From contig JAVRCV020000001.1 in NCBI GenBank assembly GCA_034530615.2, positions 20,156-84,155 of the forward strand: a stretch of DNA of 64,000 nt. Direction: 5' to 3'. Below the pieces are notes generated by a model, which had not been told where the DNA came from, did not search any database, and worked only from the letters and a program-made list of their open reading frames with translations. Made by a program: the position numbers and the translations under genes. Shown piece after piece: positions 1 to 9,125 of the stretch (the stretch's first letter is position 1; each line of letters starts with the position of its first letter). The stretch is from Aulosira sp. ZfuVER01. Its GTDB lineage: Bacteria; Cyanobacteriota; Cyanobacteriia; Cyanobacteriales; Nostocaceae.

Positions 1-1709
1 AAATCCCAAACATTCGCGTTGCTGGTGCTGCTGACACGGATTTGATAATCGCTACCAGCCACTAAGTTATTGGGGACTAACCAAGACTCAACCCCATCGC
101 TGAGTGTGGAACTGAACAAAGTACTATAGAGGCTACCTGCTTTGTACAGTTCAATTTTGACATTCTCGCCAATGTTGTCATTCCAAGTGATGTTGTAGGT
201 TGAACCCGCTTGCAAACTTTCACCCCCATTGGGACTGGTGAGTGTTACGAAAGGAGGTTCGGCTTGAGTTGCAGAGAGATTTAAATTGTAGTTACTGTTT
301 CCACTTGACTGGTATATCCAAATGTAGTAATTACCTGTAGTTAGTTGACGATTAATAACCTCGTTTGTAGTTCCACTATTGTAGGAGCCTTGAAGAACGA
401 CTCCATTACTATCAAGAAGCTGCACATTGGCATCAGCAGTTAAACCACTCAGTGATAAGTTAAAATTGCTATAAGTAGATAAGTTGAACGAATAATAATC
501 GTTGCGATCGCTATCATCAACGCGATCGCGGAAATTACCACTACCGTTCAGCGTCCCGATATTCAAAGCATTAGCAGTAATATTTCCAGCTACATCGATG
601 GCTGTGGGTTCATTAAATCTAGTAGCGATACCAGTAATTTTCCAATTAGTATCTGCAAGCTTATTGAAATAAACACCGCTTAATAGGGTAGCGTTATTCA
701 TATACCACAGGGCATTTTCTCCCGTGGCAGAGTTACGCCAAACTATATCTGATTGCCCATCGCGATTGAAATCTGCTGTCCCCTCAATCTGCCAATTAGT
801 ATCAGCAAGCTGGTTGAAATAAGCAGCACCAACGAGAGTAGTATTATTCATATACCACAGGGCATTTTCTCCCGTGGCAGAGTTACGCCAAACTATATCT
901 GATTGCCCATCGCGATTGAAATCTGCTGTCCCCTCAATCTGCCAATTAGTATCAGCAAGCTGGTTGAAATAAGCAGCACCAACGAGAGTAGTATTATTCA
1001 TATACCACAGGGCATTTTCTCCCGTGGCAGAGTTACGCCAAACTATATCTGATTGCCCATCGCGATTGAAATCTGCTGTCCCCTCAATCTGCCAATTAGT
1101 ATCAGCAAGCTGGTTGAAATAAGCAGCACCAACGAGAGTAGTATTATTCATATACCACAGGGCATTTTCTCCCGTGGCAGAGTTACGCCAAACTATATCT
1201 GATTGCCCATCGCGATTGAAATCTGCTGTCCCCTCAATCTTCCAGTTATTGTCTGCTAGCTGATTAAAATAAGCACCATTTAGTAAGCTATCACCATTCA
1301 TTTGCCATAGTGCATTTTCTCCTGTGGCAGAGTTGCGCCAGACTAAATTTGGTTGCGAGTTATTTTGAACGGCGACAGAAAGATTGTAGTTAGTACCAGA
1401 GTTAGTCGCACCTTGGTAAACCCGAATGTAATAGCTACCTGCATCGAGAATGCCATTAATTGATTCAGCGATGCTATTAGCATTTTCTGAACGGGCAATT
1501 ACTACTCCACTACTGTTGAGTAGTTCAATATTCGCATCTGAAGTTAAATCAGTAAGTGCTAGGTTTAAGCTACTACGACCATTAAAATTTAAACCGTAGT
1601 AATCGTTAGGATCATCCAATCCTATCCAATCTTTTAAGGTTTGAGAGTTGGATGTCAAATTTAGAATTGTAGCCGAACTTGGCGTATTACCTGCGTTATC
1701 GAAAGGCAT
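1..1709 (-). CDS. Partial (3' end outside window) extracellular protein with PPC-like domains, FG-GAP/VCBS-like 50-aa repeats and a Ser/Thr-rich Ig-like domain; paralog of 2222..4684
   Basis: Not in ORF track. Manual minus-strand translation from ATG at 1709 gives MPFDNAGNTPSSATILNLTSNSQTLKDWIGLDDPNDYYG..., nearly identical to the N-terminus of the next gene, then WxIEGTADFNRDGQSDIVWRN repeats and ...VTLTSPNGGESLQAGSTYNITW...; no stop seen before position 1. Confidence 0.85.
   Translation of the reverse strand, partial: MPFDNAGNTPSSATILNLTSNSQTLKDWIGLDDPNDYYGLNFNGRSSLNLALTDLTSDANIELLNSSGVVIARSENANSIAESINGILDAGSYYIRVYQGATNSGTNYNLSVAVQNNSQPNLVWRNSATGENALWQMNGDSLLNGAYFNQLADNNWKIEGTADFNRDGQSDIVWRNSATGENALWYMNNTTLVGAAYFNQLADTNWQIEGTADFNRDGQSDIVWRNSATGENALWYMNNTTLVGAAYFNQLADTNWQIEGTADFNRDGQSDIVWRNSATGENALWYMNNTTLVGAAYFNQLADTNWQIEGTADFNRDGQSDIVWRNSATGENALWYMNNATLLSGVYFNKLADTNWKITGIATRFNEPTAIDVAGNITANALNIGTLNGSGNFRDRVDDSDRNDYYSFNLSTYSNFNLSLSGLTADANVQLLDSNGVVLQGSYNSGTTNEVINRQLTTGNYYIWIYQSSGNSNYNLNLSATQAEPPFVTLTSPNGGESLQAGSTYNITWNDNIGENVKIELYKAGSLYSTLFSSTLSDGVESWLVPNNLVAGSDYQIRVSSTSNANVWD
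694..1240. repeat. Perfect 150-bp tandem repeat, about 3.6 copies, coding for the 50-aa FG-GAP-like unit
   Basis: ggcattttct ends at 720, 870, 1020 and 1170; lines 721/1021, 781/1081 and 841/1141 are identical. Confidence 0.95.
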
Positions 1710-2221
1710 AAATATCCTTGGATTTTGTCGCGAAAATAATTTGAAACAATTAGTTGCTTTAAACCTTTTTTAATAAAGTTGATAAAAAAGCATTGCTTTA
1801 ATACTGCTCTTGCCAGTGCATCTACAACCAGGGGAGCTTTACGTAATTTGTAAATAAAGTAGCTATGAAGTTTTAAGATTTTTTTAAAAAACGTTTTTAT
1901 TACCTAATCGATGTATTAGATTTAGAGACAATCCATTTTACTAACATAAAGAAAAAGCAATTTTTTTTAAAAAATTAACAGCAAAAAACGAGCCAAAGAT
2001 GATGCATTTTTATGCCATCTGTAGCAATTTAAAAAAACGATAAATTATTCCCAATGAAATCGGATTTTAACAATTGATATAATTGCGCCTACTAAGGTTT
2101 AGAACAATAGCTCAATAGGCACTAATCACAAAATGTAACCTCTTTAAAATTCTTATTGTTATACTTAATCTAGTTACAACATTTAATCAACTAGATTTTT
2201 TGAACTCATGGCTAGTCTTGA

Positions 2222-4684
2222 TTATGTGAGAGTATAAGGTTGAGCAACCCCATAATTTACATACCATCCACCATCTCTGAGAGCAGCAATAGTTAAGTTA
2301 CTAACCAGTCCATCAGGGGGGCCAGCGTAAGTATTCAATGCCTCATTTTGAATTTTCTCAAAACTCCAATGACCCGTACCGTCTATAGGAATAGCTGTTT
2401 GCTTGAAGGTTCCTAACATCTCTCCATAAGCCCAGCCGACGTAGGAGTTAGCGTTATAAGTTAAGTTAGAGTAATTAACAAACTTATCATCAAGACCAAC
2501 AAGTCCCAAAACATGACCCATCTCATGAATTGCTAATCGCAGATTAAATCCTATTTGATCTACATATTCAGTGTCATAGGTAATAGTGCCTGAAGTAGGC
2601 ATTTGTCGGTTATTAGCATCTGTGCTATAGCTGTCTGCACCTCCTTGTGCTACGGCATCAGTGAGTGTACCGCTATCCACGCCAATTACTAAAGTGTGGA
2701 GTCCATTGAAACTGCTGTGTGAAATTGCCTTTTCCCAAAATCTTGCTGCTTGAGTCAGGGCATTAGAAGTGTTGTTATACTGACTTAATTCAGAAGAAAA
2801 ATTAAGTTGAATTGAGAACTTACGGTTATCGCTAGCAGCAGCAGTGAAATTAGTAGTGAGATTATAGTTAGCAGTCTGATTGTTGTAGTTCATGACTTGC
2901 AGGTAATAAGTACCTGGATTGAGAAAACGCCGGATAGATTCGCTACCAGTACCACGTTCCCATTGCCAGGCTAAAATCTCACCAGTATCTAAAATTCCAG
3001 TCGTCTGGTTGTATGGCTGAGAGGTATCGATCGCTCCATTACCATTGATATCTTGAATCAAGCGAACATCAGCATCCCCACTCAACCCAGCCAGATTTGC
3101 TGTAAATACACCAGATTGACTAACTGTAAACCGAAACATATCATCGCGATCGCCCGCACTAACTTGTTCGCTGCGCGAAAAAACGGCGGATGTTTGAACT
3201 TCTGCCGTTGCTAAAGTATTGCCAGGATCGATTGAGGGTGTAGAAGTAAAGTTCAAATTATAGCTGCTGGTAGCATTACCAGATTGGTAAACCCGGATAT
3301 AGTAGTTACCAGCAGTCAATTGACGGCTAATAGACTCTGCTGTCGTGCCAGTATTTGTAGAACCTTGAATAAATGCGCCATTAATATCGAGCAGTTGCAC
3401 ATTGAAATCGGCACTGAAACCGTTGAGTGATAGGGAGAAATTACTACTAGTGGCGACATTGAACCAATAATAATCATTGCTATCAGTAGCATCAAGGCGA
3501 TCGCGCAAAATACCATTACCGTTGATTGTGCCAGTATTAAAAGCATTCGCCGTACTATTTCCGGCAACATCTATGAGATTGGGTTCATTAAATCTGCTCC
3601 CGACGCTAGCAATTTTCCAGTTAGTATCTGCAAGTTTGTTGAAGTAAACACCACCAAGAAAGGTAGCGTTATTCATATACCACAGCGCATTTTCTCCGGT
3701 GGCAGAGTTGCGCCAAACTAGATCTGATTTGCCATCACGATTGAAATCTGCTGTGCCTTCAATTTTCCAGTTATTGTCGGCTAAGGAGTTGAAATAAACA
3801 CTACTCAGCAGCGTAGCGTTATTCATGTACCATAAAGCGTTTTGTCCACTAGCGGAGTTGCGCCAAACTAAATCTGATTGTCCATCATTATTGAAATCTG
3901 CTGTGCCTTCAATCTTCCAGTTATTATCGGCTAAGGTGTTGAAATAAACCGCACTCAGCAGGGTAGTGTTATTCATGTACCATAAAGCATTTTGTCCTGT
4001 AGCAGAGTTGCGCCAGACTATATCTGCTTGTCCATCACGGTTGAAATCTGCTGTCCCGGCAATTTTCCAGTTAGTATCTGCTAAAGAGTTGAAATAAGCA
4101 GTGCCAAGGACAGTTGTGCCATTCATGTACCATAAAGCATTTTGTCCCGTAGCAGAGTTGCGCCAAACTTGATCCGATTTGCCATCGCGATTAAAATCTG
4201 CTGTCCCCTCAATCTTCCAGTTATTGTCTCCTAGTTGACTAAAATAAGCGGCATTAAGTAAGCTATCGCCATTCATTTGCCACAGTGCATTTTGGCCTAT
4301 AGTCGAGTGACGCCAAGTGATATCCGGTTGTGAATTATTTTGTGCTGCTACAGAAAGATTGTAGTTAGTGCTAGCATTATTCGCACCTTGGTAAACTCGG
4401 ATATAATAGCGCCCTCCATCCAAGGTGCCATTCATTGATTCCGCAATGTTATTAGCGTTTTCCGAGCGAGCAATTAGTCCACCGTTACTGTTGAGTAGTT
4501 CGACATTTGCATTTGCACTTAAACCATTGAGTGCTAGATTCAAGCTACTGCGACCACTAAGATTAAAACCATAGTAATCATTAGTATCATCCAATCCTAT
4601 CCAATCACTGAAGGTTTGGGAGTTAGCCGTTAAATTTATATTTAAAGCTGTATTGAGTGTATTACCCGCATTATCAAAAGCCAT
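2222..4684 (-). CDS. PPC-domain and FG-GAP-like repeat protein with C-terminal HExxH zinc metallopeptidase domain (leishmanolysin/M8-like)
   Basis: 820 aa; repeated DYY..F...GL.ADANVQLL...G.YYIRVY PPC-type modules, WKIxGTADFNxDGxxDxVWRN repeats, HEMGHVLG plus a downstream GHW. Confidence 0.8.
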   Translation of the reverse strand: MAFDNAGNTLNTALNINLTANSQTFSDWIGLDDTNDYYGFNLSGRSSLNLALNGLSANANVELLNSNGGLIARSENANNIAESMNGTLDGGRYYIRVYQGANNASTNYNLSVAAQNNSQPDITWRHSTIGQNALWQMNGDSLLNAAYFSQLGDNNWKIEGTADFNRDGKSDQVWRNSATGQNALWYMNGTTVLGTAYFNSLADTNWKIAGTADFNRDGQADIVWRNSATGQNALWYMNNTTLLSAVYFNTLADNNWKIEGTADFNNDGQSDLVWRNSASGQNALWYMNNATLLSSVYFNSLADNNWKIEGTADFNRDGKSDLVWRNSATGENALWYMNNATFLGGVYFNKLADTNWKIASVGSRFNEPNLIDVAGNSTANAFNTGTINGNGILRDRLDATDSNDYYWFNVATSSNFSLSLNGFSADFNVQLLDINGAFIQGSTNTGTTAESISRQLTAGNYYIRVYQSGNATSSYNLNFTSTPSIDPGNTLATAEVQTSAVFSRSEQVSAGDRDDMFRFTVSQSGVFTANLAGLSGDADVRLIQDINGNGAIDTSQPYNQTTGILDTGEILAWQWERGTGSESIRRFLNPGTYYLQVMNYNNQTANYNLTTNFTAAASDNRKFSIQLNFSSELSQYNNTSNALTQAARFWEKAISHSSFNGLHTLVIGVDSGTLTDAVAQGGADSYSTDANNRQMPTSGTITYDTEYVDQIGFNLRLAIHEMGHVLGLVGLDDKFVNYSNLTYNANSYVGWAYGEMLGTFKQTAIPIDGTGHWSFEKIQNEALNTYAGPPDGLVSNLTIAALRDGGWYVNYGVAQPYTLT

Positions 4685-4904
4685 AGATATCCCTGTGTTA
4701 GTTGGTTCAAGTACTTTTTTAAAACCTTGCTATATAAAGGTTGGGCAAGAATATGACTCGCAAGATTAATTTAATCCTGCTCTGACTTTTGCAAAAATCA
4801 CTAGGGTATATTTACGTAAAATTTTACTAAGTAAATACAAGAGATACTTTTTTTAAAAAAGCTTTTGCTTACGTTAAAACACTTTATTTAATTTCCGACA
4901 TCAA

Positions 4905-4933
4905 AGTGGCTGAAAAAGGTTTTCTCAGCCACT
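4905..4933. terminator. Hairpin downstream of the S8 protease gene
   Basis: agtggctga...tcagccact inverted repeat in AT-rich context. Confidence 0.45.
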
Positions 4934-5051
4934 ATAAACTTAATGTAAAAATAAGTTTTAGCAAAAATTTATTTTAGATTGTTGTACGGAGTTACGCTCA
5001 AGCTAGGAAATATATTAACTGCCTGCTTGTCCAGTATGGAATATTTGAAAT

Positions 5052-6515
5052 TCACATACTAGCGAACCATTTGCGCAATTCATCCATCTGTTCTTGGAAT
5101 TGTAGCAGCATTTTTTCTATATCAGTCGGCTGGTTATTTTCTAGACTGTTATAACTATTGGTATTCAGATTGCTGTCATAATAGCGGGATTGTGAGCAGA
5201 CGTTTGCATTCCCATAACTTTTATTACTTTCCGGTTGTGAAGCAGCGTTGGAGCTAAAATCTACGGTATAGTTTTCTGCGATCGCACTAGTTTCAAAGCT
5301 AGCAGAAGAAAAGCTGGGATTATTTCCTGCTATCTCTGCAATAAACTGACTTACCAAAGAGCCAGCGCTAAAGCCAGTATCTGGGTTGGGTGCGCTATTA
5401 CCTGCGGTCTGTGTAAGAATTTGACGGACTTGGGCATCAGTTAAACTATGATTAGCACTCAGCATCAAAGCTACTACCCCAGCAACGTGAGGAGCCGCCA
5501 TAGATGTACCGCTATAATTAGCATACTGATCGCCAGGTACAGATGAGTAGATCCCAACTCCTGGTGCGGTGACGTAGGCGAGTTGACTGATTCCTGGTCG
5601 GTTAGAAAAGTCTGCAATATTATTATTTTGATCCACAGCACCAACAGCCAGCCCCCATTGATTTGCATAGCTGGCGGGGTAAGAAAGTATCGGTAAACCA
5701 TTATTACCAGCTGCCATCACCACAACTACCCCTTTGTTGCTGGCATATTCAATTGCTGATGCTAAAGAACTGTTAGGAAAATCACCACCTAGGCTCAAAT
5801 TAATTACATTAGCTCCATTGTTCACCGCATAGTAAATGCCTTGAGTAATAGAACTAATGGAGCCTGAGCCAGAATCATTCAGAACTTTCACGGGCATGAT
5901 TTTAGAATTATAGGCAATACCTGTAACACCAAAACCATTATTTTCACCAGCAATAGTGCCGGAAACATGGCTACCATGACCATTTCTATCTATGGGGTCA
6001 TTGGTATTATCTACAAAATTCCAACCGCGCGTATCATCAATGTAGCCGTTGCCATCATCATCGACACCATTACCAGCAATTTCTTTAGTATTAGTCCAGA
6101 TATTATTTCTTAAATCTGCATGGTTGTAATCAACCCCAGTATCAATAACAGCGACGACAGTATCTTGACCAGTGTATCCCCTTGCCCAGACTTCCGGCGC
6201 TTTTACAGAATCAACACCCCAACTATTACCACCTACATCGGGAACATCAGCAAAAGTATTTTGACCAATAGCTTTCGCAACTGCGGCGGCGGCATTTACC
6301 TTACCATAACCAGTAGTAGAATCATAACTAAGTGCGCTCACCGTATCTTTGCTATCGTTCGCTTTTAAAGCATTGATAGTAGGGTTAAAGCTACTACGTC
6401 CACTGGTGTTTAAATTATTGTCATCTTTGGTATGGAAAGTATCTACTGAGGAGACAGGATTGATATTTAGCCCGTTATCAGCCAACGATTTCTTATTAGT
6501 GTAATCAAGGGGCAT
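5052..6515 (-). CDS. S8 family (subtilisin-like) serine peptidase
   Basis: Catalytic triad motifs VIDTG, HGSHVSG and GTSMAAPHVAG; start moved to ATG 6515, which follows a GAGGAG RBS (ORF track start 6545). Confidence 0.95.
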   Translation of the reverse strand: MPLDYTNKKSLADNGLNINPVSSVDTFHTKDDNNLNTSGRSSFNPTINALKANDSKDTVSALSYDSTTGYGKVNAAAAVAKAIGQNTFADVPDVGGNSWGVDSVKAPEVWARGYTGQDTVVAVIDTGVDYNHADLRNNIWTNTKEIAGNGVDDDGNGYIDDTRGWNFVDNTNDPIDRNGHGSHVSGTIAGENNGFGVTGIAYNSKIMPVKVLNDSGSGSISSITQGIYYAVNNGANVINLSLGGDFPNSSLASAIEYASNKGVVVVMAAGNNGLPILSYPASYANQWGLAVGAVDQNNNIADFSNRPGISQLAYVTAPGVGIYSSVPGDQYANYSGTSMAAPHVAGVVALMLSANHSLTDAQVRQILTQTAGNSAPNPDTGFSAGSLVSQFIAEIAGNNPSFSSASFETSAIAENYTVDFSSNAASQPESNKSYGNANVCSQSRYYDSNLNTNSYNSLENNQPTDIEKMLLQFQEQMDELRKWFASM

Positions 6516-6974
6516 AAGTAATTTCTCCTCAAAGATAACAATCATTTTTTGACAGCCAAATTTTTTAAAACCTCTGTCACAAAAAGGCTTTATTTTTCAA
6601 AAAGCTATCATTGCCAATAATTACTATGAAATTAAATAGTAAAAAGATATTTTAATTACAAAGAACTCAAATAAAATTGTCTTTTTACAAGTCACCTTCA
6701 GATGAAATAGGTGGTTATACTAATTAAAATATTTTTGTTGTGCGTCTACTCATTTGTCACATTCTTTTTAAAACTTAGTATTAAAAACTACACGCCTATC
6801 TGAAGCCGGGAAACCTTTTCGGCTGTTTTGCTGTCATACACTTTCTCTCAAATCTGGCTACACATAATTCTCTCTTACCCTTCTCATCTCTCTCATCCCC
6901 ATTCTTCATTTTGCTTGATTTATCGGCTAAATTTACGCATACTGAATAATTGCAGGTATTGACGAAAAATCAAG

Positions 6975-7574
6975 ATGAAATCTCTGCATCGTCCCGATCT
7001 CTATGGTTGGTCTTCTTTCAATCCGGCAAGAAATATTGATTTTAATGGGGTTGCTTGGATTCGTCCCGGTGGCAATATCTTGATCGATCCAGTGGCTTTA
7101 TCAAATCACGATTGGAATCACCTAGAATCCCTTGGTGGTGTAGCTTGGATTGTATTGACTAACTCCGATCATGTGAGATCAGCACAAGAAATAGCTAATC
7201 AAACTTATGCCAAAATAGCAGGGCCAGCAGCGGAGAAAGATAATTTTCCCATACATTGCGATCGCTGGTTGGTTGATGGTGAGGAAGTAGTCCCAGGATT
7301 AAGGGTAATTGCACTCCAAGGTTCTAAAACTCCGGGTGAATTAGCGCTGTTGCTAGAGGAAACAACTTTAATTACTGGGGATTTGGTACGGGCACATAAA
7401 GCTGGTACGTTAACGATATTGCCAGATGAAAAGCTGGTAAATCGCCAGGAAGCAGTTGCATCTGTGCAGAGATTGGCAGAACTGACTCAGGTAGAAACGG
7501 TGTTAGTTGGAGATGGTTGGTCAGTTTTTCGAGATGGACGCGATCGCCTCAAGGAACTAGTGGCGACTTTGTAA
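6975..7574 (+). CDS. MBL-fold metallo-hydrolase-like protein
   Basis: LIDP, LTNSDH, KTPG and LITGD motifs of the metallo-beta-lactamase fold, with a degenerate metal site. Confidence 0.75.
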   Translation: MKSLHRPDLYGWSSFNPARNIDFNGVAWIRPGGNILIDPVALSNHDWNHLESLGGVAWIVLTNSDHVRSAQEIANQTYAKIAGPAAEKDNFPIHCDRWLVDGEEVVPGLRVIALQGSKTPGELALLLEETTLITGDLVRAHKAGTLTILPDEKLVNRQEAVASVQRLAELTQVETVLVGDGWSVFRDGRDRLKELVATL

Positions 7575-7623
7575 GTAGTTGGGGCGATCGGATTTGAGAA
7601 GAGTGCGATCGCCAAAAGATTTA

Positions 7624-7947
7624 CTATTTTTCTTTTTTATCTAAACGCGCTTTCATATCTTCCGCAAAGTCTTCATATCTTCTCAGGGGAGTCACGTCTA
7701 TATGAACGTGCTGACCATGTTTCTGCATGATGGGTAAATCCAACAGAATTTGATCGAGCAAATCAGGAGTTGGAACATCAACAATACAAATTACCCGTCG
7801 TACACCAACACATTTCCATAAGTCTACAACTACCCCGGCTGCTTTTGCTTTCAGGGCGGCTTCGGCTTCTTCTAGCCAAATTGCGAAAAGTTCCGCCTGA
7901 GACATTTCATCAGGATACTCTACATGAAAATCTAAGTGATATAGCAT
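7624..7947 (-). CDS. Muconolactone Delta-isomerase family protein
   Basis: 107 aa; G..VDLWK..G...ICIVDV...LDQILLDLP...VTPL pattern typical of the MIase family. Confidence 0.7.
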   Translation of the reverse strand: MLYHLDFHVEYPDEMSQAELFAIWLEEAEAALKAKAAGVVVDLWKCVGVRRVICIVDVPTPDLLDQILLDLPIMQKHGQHVHIDVTPLRRYEDFAEDMKARLDKKEK

Positions 7948-8000
7948 AATTAACTTCCTTGATGAACCAGTAGATTTACTACCTCAGGAAGATTATATAT

Positions 8001-8306
8001 TTAAGGATATTGAAAATGCTCAATTATCCTACCTTTTTGTCTTTGAGTCAGCAGTGTATATTGTTTAATTTGTAAATTTTCAGAAACAATGCATTTGACT
8101 CCACAATTCCAGTGAGCAAGACATTGATCCCAATCTAGAATTACCCAGATTTCCCACAAGCCATTTGCCAGTTTTTGTGCATTTATTCCAAAGTACTCTC
8201 CGTTGAGATACTGTTCGGTTGGAATACCTAATGCCGTTAATTGAGTTACACAAGCATGAAATAAGTTATCGTTATCCATTAGTTGAACACAAAACTCATG
8301 AGTCAC
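8001..8306 (-). CDS. Hypothetical protein
   Basis: 101-aa ORF co-oriented with the MIase gene; no recognised motif. Confidence 0.45.
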   Translation of the reverse strand: MTHEFCVQLMDNDNLFHACVTQLTALGIPTEQYLNGEYFGINAQKLANGLWEIWVILDWDQCLAHWNCGVKCIVSENLQIKQYTLLTQRQKGRIIEHFQYP

Positions 8307-8981
8307 TAACGTTTGTGCAGCATATACTCAAGGTTATTGAATAGTAAAAACCCACTTGATTTGTAATCTTACAATCCATATATAGGATGCTTATTTTGGC
8401 AATATACGTGGGTGAGCATTGCCTTATAATACTCGTTTATAACCAGGGATTGGGGTAAACCAAGTATGGAATGACTAAGTTTAGAGGATTTCGCAAAAAT
8501 TTAGCTATCATATCTAATTCAATGAAGATGATATTAGTGAATGTGACAAACTAGAAAAATCGGCTCAATAATATTATATTCAACTTGAATGATTTATCAA
8601 AAAACAGTAATATTGCCGTTTTAGTCTGAGAAAAGTAGGCGATTTTGTTTAAATTTTAATACTTGGACTCAGCGATCAATACTTTTTCAACTACTTTATC
8701 TGATGAAAACAGATAAATTATGATTTCTCTGATTAAAGTAAATATTATTATGACAAAAACTTTGTATTTAACAAATGTATATAGTAATCTGATTTAATTT
8801 TTCACTTACAAAGTAAGGTGAGAACTGCCCATCAAAACCTGATGCTACGGATTATTTCTTGAGTGAGGTATGCGGAAAATTAATTAACGACAGATATCAT
8901 CTATCAACTTTATAAGTTACAGCAACTTGCTGTATGGCAGGGAATATCTATTAATAATTTCAATGGCGATCGCTACTCTAT

Positions 8982-9109
8982 TAAGACTTACGCAAAAGTC
9001 ACGGAATTACGTTATTACGAGGGAAGCAACGTAATCGCCTGAAATTCTGGGATTGCTTCCCTACACTACGTTCCGGTCGCAATGACCAATTTAGCTGGCG
9101 TAAGTCTTG
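8982..9109. mobile_element. MITE (128 bp) with AAGACTTACGC terminal inverted repeats and 5-bp target duplication
   Basis: taagacttacgc at 8982 and gcgtaagtcttg ending 9109; tctat directly flanks both ends (8977-8981, 9110-9114); internal palindrome gaagcaa...ttgcttc...cgcaatgac. Confidence 0.8.
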
Positions 9110-9125
9110 TCTATGATGTGTGGTC

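Noticed and set aside
694..1240. CRISPR array or DGR template/variable repeat
   Set aside because: In-frame 150-bp coding repeats with no spacers, no adenine-specific mismatches and no reverse transcriptase nearby
1761..6591. aaacc...aaggtt palindromes ~40-55 bp upstream of the three extracellular genes as recombinase sites
   Set aside because: Spacer lengths and arms differ between the copies and no recombinase is nearby; too weak in AT-rich DNA
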